In this document: positions 47,675-57,367 of the stretch, in pieces
Position numbering within the stretch: position 1 is the first letter of the stretch
Layout of the letters: every line of letters starts with the position of its first letter
Source: Fibrobacteria bacterium
GTDB taxonomy: Bacteria > Fibrobacterota > Fibrobacteria > UBA11236
Direction: 5' to 3'
Assembly (NCBI GenBank): GCA_043745805.1
Contig: JAYTSD010000050.1
Location: 31,775 to 95,774 of the forward strand
DNA length: 64,000 nucleotides
Notes under the pieces: generated by a model
Seen by the model: only the letters and a program-made list of their open reading frames with translations
The model's database searches: none
What the model was told of the DNA's origin: nothing
Made by a program: the position numbers and the translations under genes

Positions 47675-48667
47675 ATGCCTATGAATTTCACTTTAAATAA
47701 ACTTTTGCAAACCGGATTAATATCTGCGGAGCAAGAAGAAAAAATCAAGGCATATTATAATCAACAAACGTTTTCCATTTTATGGGAGATGCGATTTTTA
47801 TTGTATTTAGGAATTGTATTACTGAGTACAGGCCTTGGCATTTGGGTGTATTTACATATTGATACTATTGGCCATCAAACCTTATTAGCCTTAATCGCAT
47901 TGTCCTGTATAAGTTGCTTGACATATTGTTTTAAAAAAGCACAACCCTTTACGCAAGCAATGGTTACTCATACGGGTGTGGGATTTGGTTATGTGCTTTT
48001 GTTGGGCGTATTATTGTTCGGCGTTTTCGAAGGTTATTTGCAATACCAGTATCAATTATTTGGAACGCATTATGCACTCGCTACTTTATTTCCTGCTACC
48101 CTTTATGTGTTTTTAGCTTATCGCTTTGATCATCGTGGCGTATTGCAATTAGGGCTGAGTGGTTGGATGGCCACCGTGGGGATTTCCATTACGCCGCAAA
48201 GTATTATGCAGCAACTTGAATATTTGCAAACGCGGTTTATTGTTGCGGGCTTAATTTTAGGGTGCATTTTTACCTTGATAGCTATTTTTTCCGAACAGAA
48301 ATCTTTCAAAGCGCATTTTGTTTTTAGCTATCAAAATTTTGCCTTAAATCTTTTATTGACCGCCTCGCTTACGGGCCTAATTGTTTATCATGCTTTTTTA
48401 AAGCTGGGTTTCACCATACTATTTGCCATTTTAATTGGTGGATTAATACGCTATGCAAAAACCTTGAAATCCTATTATTTCATTTTATCTGCTTCCTTAT
48501 ATGCCTATATAGGATTGACGTATTTAATTTTGAACGTGCTCGTTCGAGAATGGAACGCGGGAGGTATTTACTTCATCACGCTTTACTTTATTTTTTCCTG
48601 TATCGGATTTATTTTCTTTTTCTTAAACCTTAAAACCATTTTAGGATTTAAAAATGCTCGCTTATAA
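47675..48667 (+). CDS. DUF2157 family membrane protein
   Basis: GLISAEQ...FSILWEMRFLLYLG N-terminus and many TM helices. Confidence 0.7.
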   Translation: MPMNFTLNKLLQTGLISAEQEEKIKAYYNQQTFSILWEMRFLLYLGIVLLSTGLGIWVYLHIDTIGHQTLLALIALSCISCLTYCFKKAQPFTQAMVTHTGVGFGYVLLLGVLLFGVFEGYLQYQYQLFGTHYALATLFPATLYVFLAYRFDHRGVLQLGLSGWMATVGISITPQSIMQQLEYLQTRFIVAGLILGCIFTLIAIFSEQKSFKAHFVFSYQNFALNLLLTASLTGLIVYHAFLKLGFTILFAILIGGLIRYAKTLKSYYFILSASLYAYIGLTYLILNVLVREWNAGGIYFITLYFIFSCIGFIFFFLNLKTILGFKNARL

Positions 48668-49847
48668 TAAGGATGATTTAACTGCATTGATTGTACGAGA
48701 GAATACCAATGATTGGCAAGAACAGGGTTGGGGAGACGCGCAATTACATCAGTCAATCCATGAAAAGTTTCCGTTAAAATTTTATAGCCCCAATTTATTT
48801 GTGCGCATTGGTCTTTTTATATTCGGAAATATTTGCATTAGCTCCGCGATTAGTTTTTTCTTTTTATTGAGTTCAATAGGATCGCATAGTTCGGAAATAA
48901 GCATATTTATTCGCCTAAGTATTTGTTCCGTAATTTTATTTTTCGTACTGGAAAAGTTACTGCGCGGAAATAAACCTTATTATTGCGCTGGATTGGAAGA
49001 GGCGCTTTTGTATTCAGCATTAGGTTGTTTTTTCTTTGGCATGATTACCTTAGTGGGGGATTTAGCAAAAGACAATATTTGGCTGATGGTTTTATTTATT
49101 TCTGTTGGTTGCGCCATTGCGGCTATACGCTATATCGATAGTCTTTTAGCCATTGGTGCCTATGGTGGCTTGCTTTATGTTTTATTTGATCGAAGCTGTG
49201 CTATGGGTGAATTGGCGAAATCATTATTACCATTTATTGCCATAGCCTTTGCAGCCCTTATGGAAAGAGGCTCGCATAAATTATTAAAAGCAGAAAAATT
49301 TATTTATTGGGAAGCTATTTTCACAAGACTGCGCTTTATCAGCTTACTTTTATTTTATTTAGGGGGAAATTATTTTGTGGTGCGCGAATTGAGTGTCATG
49401 GTTTTTCAGCATGCCATTTCTGCGGGTGAAAATATTCCTTTAGCTTGGGTATTTTATGTATTTACTGTAATTATTCCACTAGTTTATATAGTACTTGGTT
49501 TGATTAAAAAAGATCGTCTAGTTTTTTGGTGTAGTTTATTAACCTTGGGCTTTACTGTTTTTACTTTTAAATACTATTACAATTTGGGGCATCCGGAAAT
49601 AACCTTAACTAGTGCCGGATTATTATTGTTATTCACGGCTTCCATGACTTTGAAGTTTTTTAAAAACCCTCGTTATGGAATAAGCACAAGTTTACCACCT
49701 ACAAAAAACAAAGATGGCTTATTAAACATGGAAGCCTTGGCGGTTTCGGCGAGCTTTGCTGCGAATTCGAGCGGACCATCCAATCCTCCTAATTTTAAAG
49801 GGCAAGGAGGCCAATTTGGTGGTGGCGGCGCAAGTGGAAGTTATTAG
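48654..49847 (+). CDS. Polytopic membrane protein with Gly-rich GGQFGGGGASGSY tail
   Basis: About 10 hydrophobic segments; overlaps the DUF2157 gene. Confidence 0.7.
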   Translation: MLAYNKDDLTALIVRENTNDWQEQGWGDAQLHQSIHEKFPLKFYSPNLFVRIGLFIFGNICISSAISFFFLLSSIGSHSSEISIFIRLSICSVILFFVLEKLLRGNKPYYCAGLEEALLYSALGCFFFGMITLVGDLAKDNIWLMVLFISVGCAIAAIRYIDSLLAIGAYGGLLYVLFDRSCAMGELAKSLLPFIAIAFAALMERGSHKLLKAEKFIYWEAIFTRLRFISLLLFYLGGNYFVVRELSVMVFQHAISAGENIPLAWVFYVFTVIIPLVYIVLGLIKKDRLVFWCSLLTLGFTVFTFKYYYNLGHPEITLTSAGLLLLFTASMTLKFFKNPRYGISTSLPPTKNKDGLLNMEALAVSASFAANSSGPSNPPNFKGQGGQFGGGGASGSY

Positions 49848-49857
49848 GCAACTACCC

Positions 49858-50778
49858 TTAATTTTTTAGGGTAACCATTTCCGTTCTTAAAGCGTTAAGG
49901 GTTTGCCATTGCAATTGCACCTTATAGTAACCATGATTTAATAAAGACACATTTATTTTTATGGGCAATTCTCGCACTAAGCTTTGATTTATCAGAGAAC
50001 CATCCATTGCGAAGATTTTCATTGTAATATTTTGATTATCCAGTATTGTAGGTAAATGGATTAAATAATTTCGATCTATTTTTTGCACGAATACATCGAA
50101 TGCTTTTAAAGCCGGATCATATAGCGGGTGTTGCTTTCGTCCAATTCCCGTTTGATTGCCGGGCAAAGTAATATTGAATGCGCCTGTCAAATAGATGTCG
50201 GATTGTAATAGGGGTATGGTTCGCGATTTGGCATTGGGTTCGTCGGCTCCATAATCACCCGCAATATATTTATCCCCTTGAAAATAAAGTTGGGTGACTA
50301 AGTCCACAGGATTTGGAGAATTCTTATTGGAGCGAATGCGGAAATGAATATGGCTTGGTCGATAAGCGTTACCGTTTAAGTAAACACCTGGTTTAATGGT
50401 TTCAAAAGCATAGTAACCGTTATCATCAGTAATCAATGTGCCCCATAGCCTAGTAATCTCTGGGTTACCCTGATCTTGGCAGGTGGGTTGGCCCGGATGG
50501 ATATAACATCCCGTTTGTGTGGCATGCCACACTTCCAAAGTCACCCCTTTTACTGGGCCATTGCAGTCGGAAACAACTCCCGAAATAGCAAGCTTTTCAC
50601 CTAGCTCATTAGTTTGGGCGAGCTTAACTCTCAAGGGCGCATTCTCAAGATAAAATGGCCCATAACCATATCGGTCAGGGGAAATGGGCACCGCACAATT
50701 TTGGGCGCGTAAGAATTTAGGAATAGACATGGCAGCAATAAATGCGGCTCCAGAAAGCATGAATTTTCTACGATCCAT
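49858..50778 (-). CDS. Tat-exported intradiol ring-cleavage dioxygenase family protein with C-terminal sorting-like domain
   Basis: MDRRKF Tat signal; GPFY, EVWHA...GCY, TIKPGVY, RPSHIH and TQLYF motifs; tail IFAMDG...GYY. Confidence 0.85.
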   Translation of the reverse strand: MDRRKFMLSGAAFIAAMSIPKFLRAQNCAVPISPDRYGYGPFYLENAPLRVKLAQTNELGEKLAISGVVSDCNGPVKGVTLEVWHATQTGCYIHPGQPTCQDQGNPEITRLWGTLITDDNGYYAFETIKPGVYLNGNAYRPSHIHFRIRSNKNSPNPVDLVTQLYFQGDKYIAGDYGADEPNAKSRTIPLLQSDIYLTGAFNITLPGNQTGIGRKQHPLYDPALKAFDVFVQKIDRNYLIHLPTILDNQNITMKIFAMDGSLINQSLVRELPIKINVSLLNHGYYKVQLQWQTLNALRTEMVTLKN

Positions 50779-51123
50779 GTTTTACCCCCATCTTTACTTT
50801 AGTGCAGAAAAAATATTCAATTTCTATCGCATGCATGCAAGAAAGGGAATTTAACAGCTGACACAAATCATTGCAAGCTAAACCATTTGATTTTATTATT
50901 TGCTTTCTCAAAAAAAATAAACGTTATTTATGCCGGTCGGATACCAACCAAGGATTCTTCAAGAATTTGTAGGACTTAAGAAAAATTTCGTTGAAAGTAA
51001 ATTTCCAATCGTTTCAGCGTTTTTAAACCCTTATCGTGATACAGCCATAGCTTGATAATTCTTATTTCATTCCGATTTGGCAAAGTTCAAAACATAATGA
51101 ATAAAAAATTCGAAAGGTAAATT

Positions 51124-51942
51124 ATGAAAAAATTAGTCTTATCCCTTTTACTTCCGATCTCGCTTTTTGCGCAGGATATAAATCTCAAGGGCAACTCGGC
51201 CTTAACCGATGTTGTAACGAGTACAAATACAAACACGGCTGCACAGGATAGGATTGCTGTTCATGGTTATTCATTGCCACAGCCCAATTGGGGTATAGGT
51301 GTAAAAGGTGAAGCGGGTTATATAGGGGTTTATGGGCAAGCAACTCTTACTGGGGCAGGAACTCGTTATGGTGGTTATTTTTTTGGCGCAAACGGTACCA
51401 GTTCGAATATTGGAGTGCAAGCTCAAGGTAGCTCAAGTGCAGTAGCCTCATATGGAGTTCTTAGTTATGCGTATGGTACTGCGGGAAGTACAACTTATGC
51501 ACTTTATGGTTCGGCTTCAGGCGGCACAACAAATTATGGTGTTTACTGTAGTGGTGATGGTGTATATACCGGAAGTTGGACAAAAGTTTCTGACATTAGA
51601 ACCAAAAAAAATATTCAAGTACAATCCGGTTCTTTAGCGAAACTTATGGCTTTGGGAGTGAAACGTTATGATTTCGATCAAGTTAATTTTTCAACTATGA
51701 ATTTAAAATCAAAATCCGAAGTGGGTGTTATCGCTCAAGAAGTGGAAAAGATTTTGCCTGAATTGGTAAATGATATTGTTGTTCCTGGAGTTACTTCTAA
51801 AGATGCTAAGGGCAAAGAAGTCACAACCAATGCGCAAACCTTGAAAGGTGTGGACTATATTGGTCTTGTACCCTTTCTTTTGCAAGCTATACAAGAACAA
51901 CAATTACAAATTGAAGCCTTGAAGAAAAAAGTTGGAGGTTAA
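51124..51942 (+). CDS. Secreted Gly/Tyr-rich fibre protein with C-terminal peptidase S74 (intramolecular chaperone) domain
   Basis: Signal peptide, YG-rich beta repeats, SDIRTKKNI, GVIAQEVEKILPELV, VDY..LVP.L..AIQEQQ..IE.L. Confidence 0.85.
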   Translation: MKKLVLSLLLPISLFAQDINLKGNSALTDVVTSTNTNTAAQDRIAVHGYSLPQPNWGIGVKGEAGYIGVYGQATLTGAGTRYGGYFFGANGTSSNIGVQAQGSSSAVASYGVLSYAYGTAGSTTYALYGSASGGTTNYGVYCSGDGVYTGSWTKVSDIRTKKNIQVQSGSLAKLMALGVKRYDFDQVNFSTMNLKSKSEVGVIAQEVEKILPELVNDIVVPGVTSKDAKGKEVTTNAQTLKGVDYIGLVPFLLQAIQEQQLQIEALKKKVGG

Positions 51943-51944
51943 TC

Positions 51945-53354
51945 ATGACCATTAACTTTAAACCCACTTTAAAAGAAGTGAGCAGGTCGATTTACGGCTT
52001 AAATAAAGTTGTATGTTCAGCTTTGCTTTTAATCGGATTAGGATCCTCCCAAGGTATACGAAAAAACTATACCGAAATGACACCTGAAGAAAAAACGGTT
52101 TTAGTTTCGGCATTTCAAACTTTAGGTGATCCTGCTAATGGCATTATACGTGACATCGCTAATTTTCATAACATAAATTTTAGCGCCAATTCAGGTGGAA
52201 TTCATCAAGCTAGTACTGAAGCGGTTAATAATTTTCATGCTTGGCATCGCTATGCTTCGTGGGAATTAGAACATGATATGCAAAAATTAAATCCGCATAT
52301 TACCTTGCCGTACTGGGATTGGACTGTGAATAGAAGCACAACGGATGCTTTATGGGATCCTTCTTTTATGGGTGGATTTAACACGCGTTGGAGTTTGGGA
52401 CGAACACTAGGTAGTGGAAGTTTGCCCACAGCGGCCACTGTAGCTACTGCGCAAAGTTTACCTAGTTGGTGGATAGGCGCAGGAACTTCAGGAGGTAATG
52501 GATATTCCAATTACGTTGAGAATTCCTCAGGCATACATAATTGGCCTCATCCTTGGGTTGGAGGAGTAATGGGTGGAGGCGGATCACCGCTTGATCCTAT
52601 TTTCTTTTTCCATCACAATAATGTGGATCGTTTATGGCAGCTATGGGAAGATCAAGAACCTGCCGTAAAAACCTATCATACCCGTACCACGCTTGCTCGC
52701 TATAATGGCACTTATACTCGCCCTGACGGGGTCTTGCTGCCTTCAATTGATCCCGATGCTATTACTGATTCCAGAGCATTAGGTATATTTTATGCTGGCA
52801 ATCAAATTGCGATCCTAGATAATTATGCCGTAGCAAATAAAGTACGTTACCCGGAACAATTTACTTATAAGTATTTAATTCGAACGTCTAACTTCACTGT
52901 TCCTGCTGGAAAAAGTTGTGCCTTTCGTTCGGCGACTGGCATAGAAATACAAAATGGATTTACAGTTGAAGCGGGCGGGTCATTTACTGTGGATGTTATT
53001 GCAACGGGTTCTATTTTGTCTAAGGTAGCCGAAGTGAAAGCTCCTGTAGAGGAACCAAGAGGTGTATTGTCCGAAACAAATTCTGATTTCAAAGTTTTAA
53101 CCCAAGAAAATGGCTCGTTATTATCGCTGGTATTTCCTAATTGGATAGAGAAATCGGATGCGATTGAAGCTGTTTCATGGGATATAACGGGAAAAGTTAC
53201 CGCCTTGAAATTAGTTAATGTTGATGGCATATATGTTATTCATGGGCTTTCATTTGGAATTAATGAATTAAATAAAAATGGGATTCATTTCTTTCGAGTA
53301 AAAGTAGGACGCCAAAGCTTTACAGGTCGTTTCTATTTAAATCGTAAAATTTAA
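51945..53354 (+). CDS. Secreted tyrosinase (type-3 copper) with C-terminal beta and sorting-like domains
   Basis: RKN, CuA H...H...FHAWHR, LPYWDW, CuB HNWPH...DPIFFFHH..VDR.W. Confidence 0.9.
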   Translation: MTINFKPTLKEVSRSIYGLNKVVCSALLLIGLGSSQGIRKNYTEMTPEEKTVLVSAFQTLGDPANGIIRDIANFHNINFSANSGGIHQASTEAVNNFHAWHRYASWELEHDMQKLNPHITLPYWDWTVNRSTTDALWDPSFMGGFNTRWSLGRTLGSGSLPTAATVATAQSLPSWWIGAGTSGGNGYSNYVENSSGIHNWPHPWVGGVMGGGGSPLDPIFFFHHNNVDRLWQLWEDQEPAVKTYHTRTTLARYNGTYTRPDGVLLPSIDPDAITDSRALGIFYAGNQIAILDNYAVANKVRYPEQFTYKYLIRTSNFTVPAGKSCAFRSATGIEIQNGFTVEAGGSFTVDVIATGSILSKVAEVKAPVEEPRGVLSETNSDFKVLTQENGSLLSLVFPNWIEKSDAIEAVSWDITGKVTALKLVNVDGIYVIHGLSFGINELNKNGIHFFRVKVGRQSFTGRFYLNRKI

Positions 53355-53361
53355 TTTTCAA

Positions 53362-53394
53362 TAAAGATGACGAGTATTACATTCGTCATCTTTA
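53362..53394. terminator. Hairpin after tyrosinase (probable terminator)
   Basis: TAAAGATGACGA-N9-TCGTCATCTTTA, 12-bp perfect stem with a weak U tract. Confidence 0.55.
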
Positions 53395-53439
53395 AAATTC
53401 TATTTTCTCAATTGTGACAATTTAATTTGGAGTAGAAAA

Positions 53440-54531
53440 ATGAAGAAAAATTTTTTACTGATGGGGATACTTTTTTGCCAAACAATATGGGCGATCTGGA
53501 CGCCACAAATCTCTGGAACCAAAGCTAGTTTAAACGCAATCAACTTTATGTCGGATAAGATTGGATTAGTGGTAGGGGATAGCGGCACTACTATTCGTAC
53601 TCAAAATGGCGGAGAGTCGTGGCAATCCATAAAAACCACAGCCAAAGATACTAATTTAATTGGCATTACTTTTATGAATTCTACTCAAGGATTGATCTTG
53701 GGCGATGAAGGATTTTTAACCCAAAGCATTGATGCTGGTTTAAGTTGGACTCGCATTCGCTCGCCATCAAAAGCTGCTTTTTCCATTCTTGTAGGAAATG
53801 GGGATGGGACTTCCGTTTTGGGGGGATGGGATGGTTCAATATGGACTTCCAAGGATAACGGAAATCATTGGTTACTGGCCAATCAAATTAATATTGATAC
53901 CGTGAGAACTATTTTTGCTATTCACTTTCCTACTCCACAAATAGGATTTGCCTCAACAGCAAATGGAATATTGAAAACAGTTGATGGGGGTTTGAACTGG
54001 AATCTTATACTCCCAATAAATTCACCTAAAATTCCCAATGCAGGAAATTTCTCTTCCATTTTTTTTACAAGTCCCATGGATGGATTTATTGGCAGACCCT
54101 ATTATTCAGCGATAGCTAAAACTATAAATGGGGGGCAGGAATTTTCTATTGTCACTACCCGTGCGGCTACATTTTCGCTTTACTTTACCTCGCAAGATAC
54201 AGGTTATGCGGCATGCAATGGAGGAATGTTGTATCGTACTTTTGATGCAGGCAAAACTTGGAGTATAGATATTGATTTAAAAAATGAATTAATAACTTTT
54301 AAAAAAATTATTTTTATAAATAAAGGAAATGGTTTTGTAGTTGGTGGAGGCGGCACGATATTACATATGCAGAACTCTAGCACAATCAAAAAACAAAAGA
54401 ATAATCGTTCCAAAAATCGAATGATACCTAATGACAAAAGCTCCCAAAATTCATTGTATTTTGATTCTATTGGGAGTGTAAAAAGCATGAATGAAGATAA
54501 ATCTTTAATTTTATTTTCCAAAAAATTTTAG
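53440..54531 (+). CDS. YCF48-like BNR beta-propeller secreted protein
   Basis: WTPQISGT..LNAI.F, VVGDSG and T.DGG..W repeats. Confidence 0.82.
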   Translation: MKKNFLLMGILFCQTIWAIWTPQISGTKASLNAINFMSDKIGLVVGDSGTTIRTQNGGESWQSIKTTAKDTNLIGITFMNSTQGLILGDEGFLTQSIDAGLSWTRIRSPSKAAFSILVGNGDGTSVLGGWDGSIWTSKDNGNHWLLANQINIDTVRTIFAIHFPTPQIGFASTANGILKTVDGGLNWNLILPINSPKIPNAGNFSSIFFTSPMDGFIGRPYYSAIAKTINGGQEFSIVTTRAATFSLYFTSQDTGYAACNGGMLYRTFDAGKTWSIDIDLKNELITFKKIIFINKGNGFVVGGGGTILHMQNSSTIKKQKNNRSKNRMIPNDKSSQNSLYFDSIGSVKSMNEDKSLILFSKKF

Positions 54532-56549
54532 TGTTACACATTTTATTTTTTCTTTTTATCGCATTCACCGCACTATCCACTAAAGCCGATTATGGATTTG
54601 GCCCGCGAAAAATGACGGGAATTCCGGTGATGGATAATAATGGCGATCTTTTGGCCGCTCCTTTTTTAGGAGGCAAATTTAATTCGTTACATCAATTGGT
54701 GGATATAGATGGCGATGGCGATTTGGATTTATTTTTGCAAACAGAATTTGATCAAACACTTTTTTTTGAAAATATGGGTAACCGAGAAAAACCAGATTTT
54801 CAATGGAATGAATCTTTTGGTACTGGGCTCAATATGGGGGGATGGTTTTATTTTGCGGATATAGACGCCGACGGCGATTATGACTTAGTGGGTGCGCCTA
54901 ATGGCGCAATTTTAATGACTAAAATAAATACCGGTGGAAAAAATGCTCCCAAATTTTCGGATTTACGTGGACCATTAATATCGGACAAGAATATTCCCTT
55001 AGAAATAAATTTGAATGAAGACATGGATTTTGCAGACATTGATTGCGATGGCGATTTGGATTTGTTTGCTGCCACAACTTTGGGCACAATTCGCTTTTTT
55101 GAAAATTCCGGATCGCGTAAAGACGGTTTACCCCTATTTAAAGAATCCATTGAAGCCTATCAAGGATTAAAATTCTCACCGACTATTAAACCCTTGGCAA
55201 AATTAAGTGCCATAGGTCGAGTCGCAAAAGTTATGCATGGATCCTTAAACACTTTAACATGGGTGGATATAGATAATGATGGAGATCAAGATTTGGTTTA
55301 TGGGGACTATTTTGACCCAAGTATGAGTTTAACCTTAAACACCGGCTCGTGCAAGGAACCGAAATATGCGAATGCAATAGCGCTTGCAGAACCTGGTATT
55401 ATTAATACCGGTGGGGGTAACTTAGCACGCTTTGCGGATTTAAACGGTGATGGAACTTTAGATCTAATCATTTCAAATTTACAGGGCGCGCGATCGGTGG
55501 AATATGGACAAAAAAGCGAATTACTTTATTTTAAAAATACGGCTAAGGCACCACAAATAAAATTCGCCTTGGTAACCCCTGATCTACTTCCCAATATTGA
55601 TGCTGGAGCGGCTTCGACTACTCAATTTGTCGATATAGATGGGGATGGCGATCAAGACTTTTTTATTATCAATAAAATTGATACCGGCGCTGAACCTCGT
55701 AGCGGATTATTTTTTTACCGTAACATTGGCGAAAAAAAAATACCTTCTTTTAAATTTGAAGCACAAAAGTTTCTTTCATTGGGAAAACAGTTTTGTGTCA
55801 CGTTAGCATTTGGGGATTTGGATGGTGATGGTGATCAAGATTTGCTTACTGGTAACTTTTATGGTACGCTTGCCTATTTTAAAAACCAGGGGAGTTCTAA
55901 GGAGCCATCCTATATTCTTTTAGATTCAAATTATAGTAATATTGATGTCGGACAAAAAAGCGCTCCCGCCCTTACAGATATTGATGGTGATGGCGATTTA
56001 GATTTATTGATCGGTGAGGCTAGAGGAATTATAAAATACTTTCGCAATGAAGGAACGGCGGAGAGCCCAGACTTCGTATTACAGGAAAATACTTATCAAA
56101 GTATTACGGGTTTTATAGGCCCTTCTATTGCCATTGGAGATGTAAATGGGGATGGGTTATTGGATTTAGTTAAAGGGGGGGATACTTTGGCTTCACAAAT
56201 TTGGATCAATTCAGGATCAAAAGCCAACGCTCATTTCACTACTCCCATAAATTTTGAAACGCCATTAAGCTTTACGCCGGCTCTAGTAGATATAGATGGC
56301 GATGGTGATTTAGATTTGTTCGGAGGATGCCAAGCTGGTGGTATGGCTTACTATGATAATACCGGAACCGTTCCCTACCTCCTTCCCAATGCCATTTTTA
56401 AGAAAGAAAAAAAAATAGAATACAAAGCTGGATTTATGTTTCCGCATTCAGAAGTGAATTTAATTCAGGGTCAATGGCGCATATTAATGCCATATGAAAA
56501 AAGATATGATCTTAAAGGCGTTCGGATTCCAAACGGATTTTATAAATGA
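54531..56549 (+). CDS. Secreted FG-GAP/VCBS repeat protein
   Basis: About ten D.DGDGD.D Ca-binding motifs; signal peptide. Confidence 0.87.
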   Translation: MLHILFFLFIAFTALSTKADYGFGPRKMTGIPVMDNNGDLLAAPFLGGKFNSLHQLVDIDGDGDLDLFLQTEFDQTLFFENMGNREKPDFQWNESFGTGLNMGGWFYFADIDADGDYDLVGAPNGAILMTKINTGGKNAPKFSDLRGPLISDKNIPLEINLNEDMDFADIDCDGDLDLFAATTLGTIRFFENSGSRKDGLPLFKESIEAYQGLKFSPTIKPLAKLSAIGRVAKVMHGSLNTLTWVDIDNDGDQDLVYGDYFDPSMSLTLNTGSCKEPKYANAIALAEPGIINTGGGNLARFADLNGDGTLDLIISNLQGARSVEYGQKSELLYFKNTAKAPQIKFALVTPDLLPNIDAGAASTTQFVDIDGDGDQDFFIINKIDTGAEPRSGLFFYRNIGEKKIPSFKFEAQKFLSLGKQFCVTLAFGDLDGDGDQDLLTGNFYGTLAYFKNQGSSKEPSYILLDSNYSNIDVGQKSAPALTDIDGDGDLDLLIGEARGIIKYFRNEGTAESPDFVLQENTYQSITGFIGPSIAIGDVNGDGLLDLVKGGDTLASQIWINSGSKANAHFTTPINFETPLSFTPALVDIDGDGDLDLFGGCQAGGMAYYDNTGTVPYLLPNAIFKKEKKIEYKAGFMFPHSEVNLIQGQWRILMPYEKRYDLKGVRIPNGFYK

Positions 56550-57367
56550 AATGGCTATGGGCAATATTAGCGTTAATTTCGTTTTGTTTTTATGGTTGCA
56601 TTTTTGGCCCCTCCACAAACGGGGATGCCAAATTGAATCCGAAAACCTGTCAAGATAACCCTTCCATCGAATTAAGTTTTTTTCAGAGTGGTGGCAATGC
56701 CCCCTTAGTTTTTGACTCGGCTTTATACCGTACCCCAGCAGGTACTCCCTTTAGCGTGGAAAACTTGCAATATTATGTTTCGGGCTTTGAATTTTATGAT
56801 GCCAATGATGCCCTCTTGTTCAAAAGCGATTCGGTATTTTATATAGATGCCAGAGATTCTGCCACTTGGATGCATCGTATCCAAGATGTTAACTCTGCTC
56901 ATTATCATTCCTATGTGTTTACCTTTGGATTGGCTCCTGCAAAAAATCGAACCAATGCATTAGCCAATACTATTGAGAATTTAAATATGGCCTGGCCTGA
57001 GCCTATGGGCGGCGGTTATCATTTTATGAAATTAGAAGGTCGTCTAATAGATTCATTGGGTAGGGCTTTTGGATTTTATTTGCATATTGGTGATTTAGCC
57101 GGTGGAAATATAAGACAAGAAAATCAATTTAAATATTCAGAAGAAAATTTTCCTATTCACGCAACTTTAACTAAAGGGACGCATTTATCCTTGGGAATCG
57201 AAATGGTCATTCCCAATTGGTTTACTGGGGTAACCCCTCTTTTTATTGAAAATAATCCTCAAAATATAATGGGCGATTCGGCTTCTCAAAATATACTCCA
57301 AAAAAATGGTGCGCTTGGAGCTTTCCGCACAAAATCTGCAAAAGTAATGAGTAGCATGTGTGATTAA
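56546..57367 (+). CDS. MbnP family lipoprotein
   Basis: Lipobox FYGC, LQYYVS, MAW....GYHFMKLEG and HIG motifs; adjacent to a di-heme peroxidase. Confidence 0.8.
   Translation: MKWLWAILALISFCFYGCIFGPSTNGDAKLNPKTCQDNPSIELSFFQSGGNAPLVFDSALYRTPAGTPFSVENLQYYVSGFEFYDANDALLFKSDSVFYIDARDSATWMHRIQDVNSAHYHSYVFTFGLAPAKNRTNALANTIENLNMAWPEPMGGGYHFMKLEGRLIDSLGRAFGFYLHIGDLAGGNIRQENQFKYSEENFPIHATLTKGTHLSLGIEMVIPNWFTGVTPLFIENNPQNIMGDSASQNILQKNGALGAFRTKSAKVMSSMCD

Noticed and set aside
51124..51942. Prophage tail fibre
   Set aside because: It has a Sec signal peptide and no phage structural, packaging or integrase genes nearby.
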